DNA of 63,188 nucleotides, counting the filler, from Octopus bimaculoides (lineage: Eukaryota): assembly GCF_001194135.2 (NCBI RefSeq). It is 6 parts of 6 records of this genome, joined end to end, with 100 filler letters (N's around TTAATTAATTAA, not from the genome) between each part and the next. Parts side by side here need not be neighbours in the genome. Positions count along the whole stretch, not along the records: positions 15,798 to 25,256 come from NW_026300090.1; positions 25,357 to 46,615 come from NC_069009.1; 4 more parts are not named here. One strand, written 5' to 3'. Under the pieces are notes generated by a model, which had not been told where the DNA came from, ran no database searches, and was given only the letters and a program-made list of their open reading frames with translations. Numbering within the stretch: the first letter of the stretch is position 1; every line of letters begins with the position of its first letter. Below, one piece after another: positions 23,012 through 34,635 of the stretch. Both the position numbers and the translations under genes were made by a program.

Positions 23012-23815
23012 AAGGAGGCCACTAGGTGGACTACTAATGTGCTAGAAGAAGATCACATGTCATGTGTCTACTAAGACCGAATAATTCTCAAAGGGAATTC
23101 AGCGAAGCAACAAAAACATAAATCGGGCAAGACCAGTGAAAATTACACAAAAAAAATATAATTATCTGTAGACATATGTTTCGAAATCAATATTTTTTTA
23201 CCGAAAATATCTGTTTCTCATCAGTACAGACCGTTGGATAAATACAATTTAGAGAATCGCACACTAAGTTGTACGCCACAAGGAAAGCACGTGTGTACGG
23301 TTCTAATAATATTCTACGGTAAGATTCAAAAGTCTTGGTTCTTGCGCGCTAAATCTGGAAATATCTCTGCAGAAAAAAGTTCCACATCGAATATACTAAC
23401 TCTGAGAATTTGGTTATGGTTAATTAAATTAAACAATAGGGTAAAAAATTGGATATTAATTAATATTAATGTAATACCAGGTAATAAGCACATTAAAAGA
23501 ATCAGCGAGAATCAGAAAAAATATTGTATTTTTTCTGTGTAATTTTCACTGGTCTTGCCTGATTTACGTTTTTGTTGCTTCGCTGAATTCCCTTTGAGAA
23601 TTATTCGGTCTAAGTAGACACATGACATGTGATCTTCTAGCACATTAGTAGTCCACCTAGTGGCCTCCTCTCTCTATATTTTTATATATACATATACAAT
23701 AATCCTTTGAGATCTCAGATATTTTTTCTGATTCTCCCTGATTCTTTTAATGTGCTTGTTACCTGGTATTAAATTAATATTAATTATTATCCAAATTTTT
23801 ACCCTATTGTTTAAT
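23011..23815. mobile_element. Second locus of the hammerhead-bearing repeat: forward unit (23011-23522) followed by an inverted ~290-bp piece (23525-23815)
   Basis: Homologous to 16121-16670. The reverse complement of 23525-23815 matches the unit 3' end joined to the unit 5' start. Confidence 0.7.
23165..23230 (-). ncRNA. Type I hammerhead ribozyme, apparently intact, with short palindromic stem III
   Basis: Minus strand reads TCTGTA-CTGATGA-GAAACAGATATTTTCGGTAAAAAAATATTGATTTC-GAAA-CATATG-TC-TACAGA. Core CUGAUGA and GAAA present; stem I TCTGTA/TACAGA; stem II GAAA/TTTC plus ATATTTT/AAAATAT; stem III palindrome ACATATGT; GUC cleavage triplet. Confidence 0.85.
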
Positions 23816-25369
23816 TTATATATATATATATATATCTTATTATATTTTTTTGATAACATAATAGGTTAGATAGGATGCTGTATGTATTACAATAACAATA
23901 ATATGTTGTGCATGTATAGTAATATTATGATCATGAAATTAGCATTAGCCTATCCCACTGTTTCTCGCGGAACCCCCAGGAACCTTTTGCAGAACCCCGG
24001 TTGAGAAACGTTGGCGTAAGGTGTTTCAGTCTGTACATGCATGCATTGTCAATAAATGACTATTACTTGTCTTACCTGAATTGAATAAAAAGGTTTCTTT
24101 TCACCTATGTGCAGTGTCGTAAATTGTGTATAAGTCATGTGCTACCAGTTAATTTCTGATTTAAAATATTTTTGCTTCATTACTTTAATTGTTTCTAGTA
24201 TTTAAATAGAATGTGACTTTTTCCAGTAACTATTTCTGTGAGTTTTCTTCGGAACATCATATCAGATTTGGGTCTGATCGAAACTCGTTTTTGAAACTGG
24301 TAAAAAGAAAGAAAAATGTCATAAATAACAGTGACAAACGAAATATATACCGCCGATAGTTGTTGTTGACAAACAACGGCAGTAATTTTATTCAAAGGAA
24401 AAGATTCCAAAATAGGCAATCGCGAAAACGTTAAAACAAAACGAAAATACTTCCACAAACAAAATAAACTGAATTTTTAAAAAAAATAACTGATAACTGA
24501 ATTGATTAAACTATATACACGTGTATCTCAAATGTAAATATATCAGAAATAACAGTGACAAAGTAAATTTACATCGCCAGAACGTCCTCTACCTTTACAC
24601 ACATATAAATTCTATTTTCTACAGGCACGAGGCCTGAAATTTTGTAGTGAGGAGGCTAGTCAATTACATTAATTCCAGTCATCAACTGGTACTTATTTTT
24701 AATCCCCCTAAAGGATGAAAGGCAAAGTTGATCGCAGTGGCGTTCGAATACAGAACGTAGAGCAAGAAGAAATGTCGCTAAGCATTTTGACCGGCTCGAT
24801 AACGTTTTTGCCACCTTGCCACTTGCATACAAATATGAATTCGTATCATTTAATAATGTATACAGTATTTAAAATAAAAGATACTCATATTTCTTTCCAT
24901 AAAGGCACAAATTAGGCAGATTTATATAACGTGTCTTGTGTCTCCAAGCAATCCAGATGTAAATTCTTATGTACAATCAGAATTGTTTTAAAAGAGTTTA
25001 TCGTCTTTAAGCAAATGTAAAGTTTTACTTTCATTTGTGTTTAAATTCAATAGTTGTGATTTTTTTTTTTCATCTCAGAAGTATTTTCAATATTCGCAAA
25101 CCATTACAACAGCATTCTGATTTATCTCTAATTTTAAAAAAAGAAATTGCTTTTTAAATAAATATCTTAAGCTTCAAATATTCATGTTTAGCAGTAATTC
25201 TGGAGAATAAAAAATATATATAAATTTCAGAATATAAAAAATTAGAGGAAAAGGTGNNNNNNNNNNNNNNNNNNNNNNNNNNNNNNNNNNNNNNNNNNNN
25301 TTAATTAATTAANNNNNNNNNNNNNNNNNNNNNNNNNNNNNNNNNNNNNNNNNNNNAAAATTGTAACTG

Positions 25370-25570
25370 GGCCCCACCTGCGAGGTCATGCGCTGTTTAT
25401 CTTGATATGAGATCACCATGTCGTGCACATGTGGTTGTGATGCATGTGCCTGGTGTACCCTTATCAGACGGGTAGTCATGATGGGTATACCGGGCTTTGT
25501 ATATTTTGCCCCAGTGTCACTTTGATGGCATGCACTGCTCTCTCACTCAATAATAATTATAATAATAATC
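25370..25570 (+). mobile_element. Retroposon 3'UTR/tail ending in (TAA)n
   Basis: Non-coding segment ending ...gcactgctctctcactcaataataattataataataat, directly upstream of the Dong-like fragment. Confidence 0.4.
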
Positions 25571-25574
25571 TGAG

Positions 25575-26110
25575 GTAATGGGTGCTTGGTACCAACATAC
25601 ACTGGAGAAGGTAATGGACAGAAAGGAGAAGGCAAAAATCCTCTGGGACTTTGACTTCCAGACAGACAAGGTGTTAGAGCACTGAAGGATGGATATAGTA
25701 ACTTTTAGGAGGGACAAACAAGAATGCCTAATAATGGACATGACAGTGTCATGAGATCAACATATCGTCATGAAAGAGAGAGAAGATTGATAAATATAGA
25801 GACCTGAGAATTGTGATCACCAAGTTGTGGCAGCTATGAGAGTCAAACATAAAGGTTGTCCCTATTGCCATTGGAGCATTGGGTCCAATAACACCCAAGC
25901 TGAAGAAACATCTGGAAACTTTAGAAGTCCCCTACAATCAAGATGTATTGCAAAAATCAGCTTTACTTGGAACTGAATACATATTGCGTAATGTACTGTC
26001 TGTCTGAGGTCCTTGTTGTGACTTGACAAACAGTAGAAACCCCTGGTAGACACAATATCTTCAATCAACAACCTCATGATATCGGATACTGTGCAATGCC
26101 TTAAATAACA
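25575..26110 (+). mobile_element. R4/Dong-clade non-LTR retrotransposon 3' fragment (RLE domain), with stops and frameshift
   Basis: WYQHTLEKV...KILWDFDFQTDKVLEH*RMDIV...CLIMDMTV...KIDKYRDL...VVPIAIGALG...LQKSALLGTEYILRNVLSV*. Confidence 0.85.
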
Positions 26111-26282
26111 ATACCAATAATCCTTTCTATTAGAGGCACAAGACCTGAAATTTTGGAGGATGGGGGGGGGGGGAACTAGTCAATTATATTGACCCCAGTT
26201 CTCAAATGGTACTTACTTCATTGCCCCAGAATGATTGAAAGGCCTTGGTGGAATTTGAATAATTCTGCCAGCTTGCCTGCCT

Positions 26283-26354
26283 TAATAATAATAATAATAA
26301 TAATAATAATGTTAATAATAATAATGATGATGATAATAATAATAAATAATAATG

Positions 26355-26400
<46 letters not shown>
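26283..26400. repeat. (AAT)n microsatellite
   Basis: Read directly from the sequence. Confidence 0.95.
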
Positions 26401-26401
<1 letters not shown>

Positions 26402-26402
<1 letters not shown>

Positions 26403-26615
26403 GTTTCGAATTTTGGCACAAGGCCAGCAATTTGAGGAAAGGGGGCAAGTCGATTACACCAACACCAGAACTCAGGTGGTACTTGTTTTATCAACCCCTG
26501 AAAGGGATGAGAGGCAAAGTCGACCTCGGTGGAATTTGAACTCAGAATGATAACACGGAGAAAATGCCAGAAAGCATTTTGCCCTGCATGCTAACAATTC
26601 TGCCAGCTCACCACC
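26402..26615 (-). mobile_element. SINE family C, full length
   Basis: ttttggcacaaggccagc...ggcaaagtcgacctcggtggaatttgaactcagaa...ttctgccagctcaccacc. Confidence 0.85.
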
Positions 26616-27735
26616 NNNNNNNNNNNNNNNNNNNNNNNNNNNNNNNNNNNNNNNNNNNNNNNNNNNNNNNNNNNNNNNNNNNNNNNNNNNNNNNNNNNNN
26701 NNNNNNNNNNNNNNNNNNNNNNNNNNNNNNNNNNNNNNNNNNNNNNNNNNNNNNNNNNNNNNNNNNNNNNNNNNNNNNNNNNNNNNNNNNNNNNNNNNNN
26801 NNNNNNNNNNNNNNNNNNNNNNNNNNNNNNNNNNNNNNNNNNNNNNAATAATAATAATAATAATAATAATAATAGTAATAATATTAATAATAGTAATATT
26901 AAAATCCAAGAAAACAGTTGTACGGTTTGATCCCCTGAACTTAGTTGTTAAATTCGTCAATGAATTCAGCATCCATTGTACAAGACAACCAGCAGCAGCA
27001 CAGCCACCACCACCACCACCACCACCACCACCACCATCATCAGGTGCAGCAGCAGCAGTAGCAGCAGTAGCAGCATCTGTGTGAATGATTTTACTGTGGT
27101 ATGAGAGAACTGAAAATGATACAGGAGGCTTTTCAGCATGTTGGACTTGTTAATGGAATGTGACAAGGCAAATTGTGATAAACGGTAAACACACGAAAGA
27201 AGCGCGTCACCATTTTACCACGTCATCCATCACACTGCAATAATCTGCTGCACACCTGCAGCTTTAATTTGCACCAGGCGCGTGCACCGGGCATGTAATT
27301 GATGTGCATAGAAAGAAACGAACAAACGAAAGAAAGAGAGAGGAGAAAAAAAAGTAAACAAATATTATACACGTGGAAAGTGAAAGTAGATAGGGAAAGT
27401 GAAACTAGAGAGTGAAAGTAGAAAAATCACACATCGAAAGGCGTAAGTGGCTTCATTTTCAAACGCGTGTGACGTGACTTGTTTGATACGAACATTCCTA
27501 TACACACATTCATCCATTAACTCTCTCGATGAGAATTGTCGTCGACAGAATGGGAAATATCGTATAGGACAGGTGATAGGAAATAAAATAAGGATAAAAT
27601 ATAAAGAAGAATTTGCAAGCTAATGAGAGAGGAAAGGAGAGGGGAGTGCTTCTGGTTCTTTCGATGTGGTTGCTAGAAATAGCAACAAAAATCTCGTTCA
27701 ATTCAGTTTGCTCTTCAATATCTTTTGACTATATA

Positions 27736-28128
27736 GGCGCAGGAGTAGCTGTGTGGTAAGCAGCTTGCTTACCAACCACATGGTTCTGGGTTCAGTCCCA
27801 CTGCATGGCACCTTGGGCAAGTGTCTCCTACTATAGCCTCGGGCCGACCAAAGCCTTGAGAGTGGATTTGGTAGATGGAAACTGAAAGAAGCCTGTCGTA
27901 TATATGTATATATGTGTGTTTGTGTGTCTGTGTTTGTCCCCCCACCATCGCTTGACAACCGATACTGGTGTGTTTACGTCCCCGTAACTTAGTGGTTCGG
28001 CAAAAAGAGACCAATACAATAAGTACTAGGCTTACAAAGAATAAATCCTGGGGTTGATTAGCTCGACTAAAGGCGGTGCTCCAGCATGGCCGCAGTCAAA
28101 TGACTGAAACAAATGAAAGCGTAAAAGA
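27736..28128 (+). mobile_element. SINE family A, full length
   Basis: GGCGCAGGAGTAGCTGTGTGGTAAG...GGGTTCAGTCCCACTGCATGGCACCTTGGGCAAGTG...GTCAAATGACTGAAAC. Confidence 0.9.
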
Positions 28129-28304
28129 GTATATTTTTAAAGAAAATGATAGAAGGGTATACTGGAGAATATTGTCTATCCTGAATATTTGAAGGGATGG
28201 TCATGGTCGGAACATGGTTCATTATAAGCAGGCTGGGTTAGTGTTCAGTTGTGACTAAACAGCAACAATAGCTAATGTCATTAATCTTTTATCATTTCCC
28301 TGTT

Positions 28305-28700
28305 TTAGTTATGACACTGCGGCCATGCTGGGGCACCACCTTGAAGAATTCTTAACTGAATGAATCAACCCCTGTATTTATCTTTTTAAAGCCTGTTACT
28401 TACTCTATTGGTCTCTTTCACTGAACTGCTAAGTTACAGGGATGTAAACACACCAACACTGGTTATCAAGCAGTGGTGGAAAACAAGAACAGATGCAAAA
28501 ATACACTCACACACACACACAACACATATATATGACAGGCTTCTTTCAGTTTCCATCTATGAAATTCAGCCACAAGGCTTTGGCTGGCCTGGGGCTATTG
28601 TAAAAGACACTTTTCTCAAGGTGCTGTGCAGTGGGACTGAACTTGAAACTATGTGGTTGGGAAGCAAACTTCTCACCGTGCAGCCACACACACACACACA
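28305..28700 (-). mobile_element. SINE family A, diverged
   Basis: Family A motifs in reverse orientation. Confidence 0.75.
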
Positions 28701-29334
28701 CGTTAATGGCTTCATAAGTTGAGATCCATAATAAAGACATAATTTTCTCTCTATGTATTTTTTGTTGTCAAATTCTGTGAATTTTCCAAAATTCTGCTGA
28801 GGGATATCTGGATTTACCAGTTATACATAAGGAATGGCCTTGGATGTCTATTCTGCTTACACTTACTGGTGTCTAATTGTTGCTTTATTGATAACTGCCA
28901 GGATGTTTTTATTCCTTTTCTCTTCTAATTATCTATAAACCTCTCCATCTATCTATGCATCTCTCCATAGACTTGTAACAAAAAGAGACAAAAAGAGAGA
29001 AGGTACCTACTTTCATGTACCTTTAAAAAAAAAAAGCCTGAGGTGACCGTGGTCTTTTCCGTAGGCTTTTCTCTCCACGGATAAACCTAATCTGTTCCCC
29101 GTTTTTTACATCGACTGTGATACACGATCCCTATTGATCGCCCCCCCCCACGTTTTTTTTCTTCCCGCGATCCCTTTTGATCGAAATTATCCCTCCCCCC
29201 CCAAGAAAAGCTCTACTTTGTAATTTGTCCATTTTCTGTGTTTAGCCCTGTGTGGCTATAATAAAAAGATATCTAGCTCTCCATTTATCAATCTATCCAT
29301 CTATCTATCTATCTATCTATCTATCTCTCCGTCT

Positions 29335-29595
29335 ATGTAGGTGGCACGTAAAAAACAGCATTTGAGCGTGGCCGTTGCCAGTACTGCCGGACTGGCCCCC
29401 ATGCTGGTGGCATGTAAAAAGCACCCACTACACTCTCGGAGTGGTTGGCGTTAGGAAGGGCATCCAGCTGTAGAAACTCTGCCAGATCAGATTGGAGCCT
29501 GGTGCAGCCATCCGGTTTCACCAGTCCTCAGTCAAATCGTCCAACCCATGCTAGCATGGAAAGCTGATGTTAAATGATGATGATGATGATGATGA
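29335..29595 (+). mobile_element. SINE family E with one internal 66-bp unit
   Basis: ggcacgtaaaaaacagc...gccagtactgccggactggc...aagcacccactacactctcggagtggttggcgttaggaagggcatccagc...ccaacccatgctagcatggaaag, then (GAT)n. Confidence 0.85.
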
Positions 29596-29649
29596 TTATT
29601 ATTATTGTTATTATTATTACTATTATTATTATTATTATTATTATTATTG

Positions 29650-30070
29650 AAGGTGGTGAGCTGGCAGAATCGTTAGCATGCTAGGCAAAGTGCTTAGCGG
29701 CATTTTGCCCATCCTTATGTTCTGAGCTCAAATACCTCCAAGGTCGACTTTACTTTTCATCCTTTTGGGGTTGATAAATTAAGTACCAGTGGTGTACTGG
29801 GGTCTAGTAACCTGTCCCCCAAATTCCAGGCCTTGTACCTATAGTAGAAAGGATTATCATCATCCTTATTATTATCATTATCATTATTATTATTATTAGG
29901 GAGCTGGCAGAATTGTTAGCACGCTGGGCGAAATGCTTGGCGGTACTTCGTCAGCTGCTATGTTCTGAGTTCAAATTCCACCGAAATCAGCTCTGACTTT
30001 CATCCTTTTGGGGTCGATAAATCAAGTGCCAGTTAAATTTCAAGGCCTTGTGCCTTCAATAGAAAGGATT
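29650..30070 (+). mobile_element. Two tandem SINE family C copies in (ATT)n
   Basis: aggtggtgagctggcagaatcgttagc at 29650 and gggagctggcagaattgttagc at 29899. Confidence 0.85.
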
Positions 30071-30409
30071 ATTATTATTATTATTATTATTGCTGTTGTT
30101 TATTTTTTTTTTCTTTAATTATTTGCCTGTGTGTTTTGTAATGAAGGGTAACAAACAGACCCCGCACCTTTCCACCCACTTACCCACGCAAACATTGATC
30201 CAGCTAGTTCACTGATTTCTGCTGTGTATCCGGGCAAAACAGCCATACAGATCATTATTGATCAATATTGATCAATATTGATCACCAAACTTACAACACT
30301 GTTTCAATCAAGACACAATCACAGATCAAAACACTTGCCAAATATATATACACAGGCAGATATGTGTATCTATATACAATATAATATAATATAATATAAT
30401 ATAGATATA

Positions 30410-30496
30410 AATAATCTATATCTATCTATCCACCTCTATCTATCTCTCTATCTCCATCTATCAATCTATCTATCTCCATCTATCTATCTACCTATC

Positions 30497-30527
<31 letters not shown>

Positions 30528-30537
30528 CCATCTACCA

Positions 30538-30574
<37 letters not shown>

Positions 30575-30590
30575 ATCTTTATCTTTCTAT
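30410..30590. repeat. (TATC)n microsatellite
   Basis: Read directly from the sequence. Confidence 0.9.
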
Positions 30591-30707
30591 CGATCTAAGC
30601 ATCTGCTTGTCTGTCTACATATCTTCATATATACACACATACTCACACATGTATCTTTCTGTCTCACTCTCTCTCTCTCTCTCTCAGGACACAGACACAC
30701 ATATATA

Positions 30708-30922
30708 AGACGGTGTGCTGCAAAATTCCTGGCTTTGGGTCAAAGAAAATACAAGAGGATCAGTTAATTATGATTTTATTCAACATATTCCCCTCTCAGA
30801 TTCATAAATTTATTGCAGCAACCTTTCAGTTTTTCAAAGGTCTGTTAAAGAACACAGAAGACTAGGCCTTCAACCAGGCCTTTCACAACACCCTTAAAAC
30901 AAGGAGCTTTTCAGCAACCCCT
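30708..30922. mobile_element. Mariner-type MITE (~215 bp)
   Basis: Imperfect TIRs: acggtgtgctgcaaaattcctggcttt versus reverse-complemented aggggttgctgaaaagctccttgtttt. Non-coding interior. Confidence 0.6.
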
Positions 30923-30958
<36 letters not shown>

Positions 30959-31590
30959 NNNNNNNNNNNNNNNNNNNNNNNNNNNNNNNNNNNNNNNNNN
31001 NNNNNNNNNNNNNNNNNNNNNNNNNNNNNNNNNNNNNNNNNNNNNNNNNNNNNNNNNNNNNNNNNNNNNNNNNNNNNNNNNNNNNNNNNNNNNNNNNNNN
31101 NNNNNNNNNNNNNNNNNNNNNNNNNNNNNNNNNNNNNNNNNNNNNNNNNNNNNNNNNNNNNNNNNNNNNNNNNNNNNNNNNNNNNNNNNNNNNNNNNNNN
31201 NNNNNNNNNNNNNNNNNNNNNNNNNNNNNNNNNNNNNNNNNNNNNNNNNNNNNNNNNNNNNNNNNNNNNNNNNNNNNNNNNNNNNNNNNNNNNNNNNNNN
31301 NNNNNNNNNNNNNNNNNNNNNNNNNNNNNNNNNNNNNNNNNNNNNNNNNNNNNNNNNNNNNNNNNNNNNNNNNNNNNNNNNNNNNNNNNNNNNNNNNNNN
31401 NNNNNNNNNNNNNNNNNNNNNNNNNNNNNNNNNNNNNNNNNNNNNNNNNNNNNNNNNNNNNNNNNNNNNNNNNNNNNNNNNNNNNNNNNNNNNNNNNNNN
31501 NNNNNNNNNNNNNNNNNNNNNNNNNNNNNNNNNNNNNNNNNNNNNNNNNNNNNNNNNNNNNNNNNNNNNNNNNNNNNNNNNNNNNNNNNN

Positions 31591-31666
31591 AGTTACAGGG
31601 ACATAAACACACCAACATCGGTTGTCAAGTGATAGTGGGGGGACAAATACAGACACACAAATACAT

Positions 31667-31697
<31 letters not shown>

Positions 31698-31985
31698 CAT
31701 ACACACACAATGGGCTTCTTTCAGTTTCCGCCTACCAAATCCATTCACAAAGCTTTGGTCGGCCCGAGGCTATAGTAAAAGAGACTTGCCCAAGAGACTT
31801 GCCATGCAAGTGGCTGAGTACTCCACAGACATGCATATCCTTAACATAGTTCTCAAGGAGATTCAGTGTGACACAAAATGTGACACGGCTGGCCCTAATG
31901 AATTACAGGTACAACTCATTTTTGCCAGCAGAGTTGACTGGAGCAATGTGAAATGAATAGTTACCACACAGCCACTCCTGCGCCT
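31591..31985 (-). mobile_element. SINE family A copy interrupted by a segment of another SINE (~31800-31955)
   Basis: Family A body runs to gacttgcccaag, then caagtggctgagtactccacagac... (family B/D type), then resumes with ttaccacacagccactcctgcgcc. Confidence 0.65.
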
Positions 31986-32039
31986 ACTATAGTGAGAATT
32001 TACAAAAAAAGCAAAACAATAGATGAAGACGGGTGTGTA

Positions 32040-32160
32040 AACAACAAACAGAGGTATTAGTTTAACGCTCGGGAAGTGAGAAAGTCTTTTATGTTTTGAG
32101 CCTACGCTCTTCAGCAGAAAGGAACACAGAAATAAACAGAGAGAGAAAATAGAAAAGGTT
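32040..32160 (-). mobile_element. Penelope-like terminal fragment with a degenerate minimal hammerhead motif
   Basis: Minus strand CTGCTGA-A-GAGC-GTAG-GCTC-AAAAC. Downstream sequence is homologous to 35369-35460. Confidence 0.45.
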
Positions 32161-33501
32161 TAATGGCTAGCGATCTATCCAAGCTGTGCCTGATTATGTA
32201 TCCTTATATAAAATACACACAAGCATACCAACATACATTGATGTGATTGTTGGCGTGTCTATACACGAAGATACAAATACATACAGAGCTGTGTCTATTA
32301 GTAGCAATGTTAAATATGATAGCTGCAAATATTGTAGTTCTATGTCTATACATGTTCCCAGTTCGGTGGTTTGATACTATTTCCTCTGGGATGGCATGAG
32401 TGTGGTGGCTGTGGTGGTGGTGGGTGGCAAGGAATAATTAATCAATTCCTTGATTAGCGTCGGCCAGAGGTTGGTCGTGATTTATATTTGGGGAGAAAAA
32501 CAACAAAAATAACCAAAAAAGCAAAAAAAAACAAAAACAAGATGAAATATAATTAATTTTCACGAATTTAGAACTTGTCTTGGATGCTGAAGTTGACCGA
32601 CCGGTTGAATATTGGTTTCGCATTCCATGCTTGAATAAGCATCTTATGATCAATGAACCAGCAAACCAGCCAACCAGCCAACCGACCGACCGACCGGCTG
32701 ACAAACCAACAGAGCAGCCGATTAGCCATCCAGCCAGCTTGTTTGATTCTGATCGATATCAGAACTGATTGCGACTGATCGTTGCAAAAGTCGATCTGTT
32801 GTCTGTTGACGGTTCGCTTGGTTAAACATAAGCAGAAAGAAGTTTTGATATGGCTTTGGGAATGGGGAGAAATGCTTGCAGTAGAGTAGTGTGTGCGTGT
32901 GTGTGTGTATGCGCATCTGTGCGTATATGTGCATGTACATGTGTGTGTATACGTATACATATATATATGCATGTGTGTACGTATGTGTGTGTTTATATAT
33001 GTATGTGCATCTGTGTGTATACGTATGCACATGTACATTTGTGTGTATACATATACATATATAAATATGCATGTGTGTACGTGTGTGTGTATGTGTGTGT
33101 GTTTATATGTATGTGTCTGTGTATATATGTATATGTGTGTGTGTATATATATATAAGCATGTATAANNNNNNNNNNNNNNNNNNNNNNNNNNNNNNNNNN
33201 NNNNNNNNNNNNNNNNNNNNNNNNNNNNNNNNNNNNNNNNNNNNNNNNNNNNNNNNNNNNNNNNNNNNNNNNNNNNNNNNNNNNNNNNNNNNNNNNNNNN
33301 NNNNNNNNNNNNNNNNNNNNNNNATATATATATATATATATATGTATGTATGAATGCATGTGTGTATATGTATATATATGGTGTATGTATATATATACAT
33401 GTATGTGTATAAATACATGTGTGTTTGTGTGTGTATATATGTAATGTCAGGGTAGGTGGGTCTGTTTTGGACATATGCATATATGACAGTCGGAAGCATA
33501 C

Positions 33502-33540
<39 letters not shown>

Positions 33541-33958
33541 CACACACACACACACGCACACACACATGCTTGATGCCTTAAGAATTTTACCTACCTTTAA
33601 GAGTCTGAGAACTAATTCATTTTGGGAATATCTTGAAGCAAACACAGAAAGCTATAAATGATAGAATGTAAATAGTAAGTTGGAAAACCCTTTTGGGTAG
33701 AAAAACTCAAAGGATTTTCAACCCAATATTTGCATGCTATTAATTATAGATTCATGTGTGCACTTCGAGACATTCCAAAAATGAATTACTTTATATCTAC
33801 CTCCCTGCTTTTCTCTCTCTCTCTTTCTCTCTTTGTCTGTATCCATCCATCTGTCCGTCCGTCTGTCTGTCCATCTATCTATCTATCTATCTAATCTTAT
33901 CTTATCGTATCTATCTATCCCTCTATCTATCTGTGGCCAATAAAGAAAGTTATCTATC

Positions 33959-34006
<48 letters not shown>

Positions 34007-34635
34007 ATCTATCTATATCTGTGTGTGTATATGTGTGTATACATATATGTATGTGTGTGCATATATATGTGTATGTGTATATATATATATATAATATACA
34101 ACATATATACATATGTGTGTGTTTGTGACAATCCTCAATTTTAATATTCAGATATTGTTTATCCAGGACTACATCAGCTAATGTATATAGTATAGTAGTA
34201 TTCGCTGTTGTTGTTTAGCCCCAGGTCAGTCCTGATCCAGTTGTACAGTGATCAATGTCATTCCCCATATCACCGTAATTCATTCCTACATACTCTCTCT
34301 TCCATATTTCTACAACGTCCAATGTATTTTTTCATTTATAATACAAGATTTGGCTGTTATTTCTAGTATTGTGTTACCACCTGAAGGCCCCTACTTTCAA
34401 AGACCTTTTTAATTTCCCAAGACAGAGAAATTTTCAAGAACTAAGGTTCTGATTGAAGGAATTCTATGGTTGTTAGTTTTGGAACCAGATATTGGTTTTT
34501 GTTTTGGTTTGATGGATTGGATTGTCTTGTTAAAAGCTGATCAATTAAAAGCTCATCAATCAATAATTATCCAACATGTGATCAATACCTCATTAATGGT
34601 TCTTGACTACTTTGATGTTTACATTCATGGTTTTG

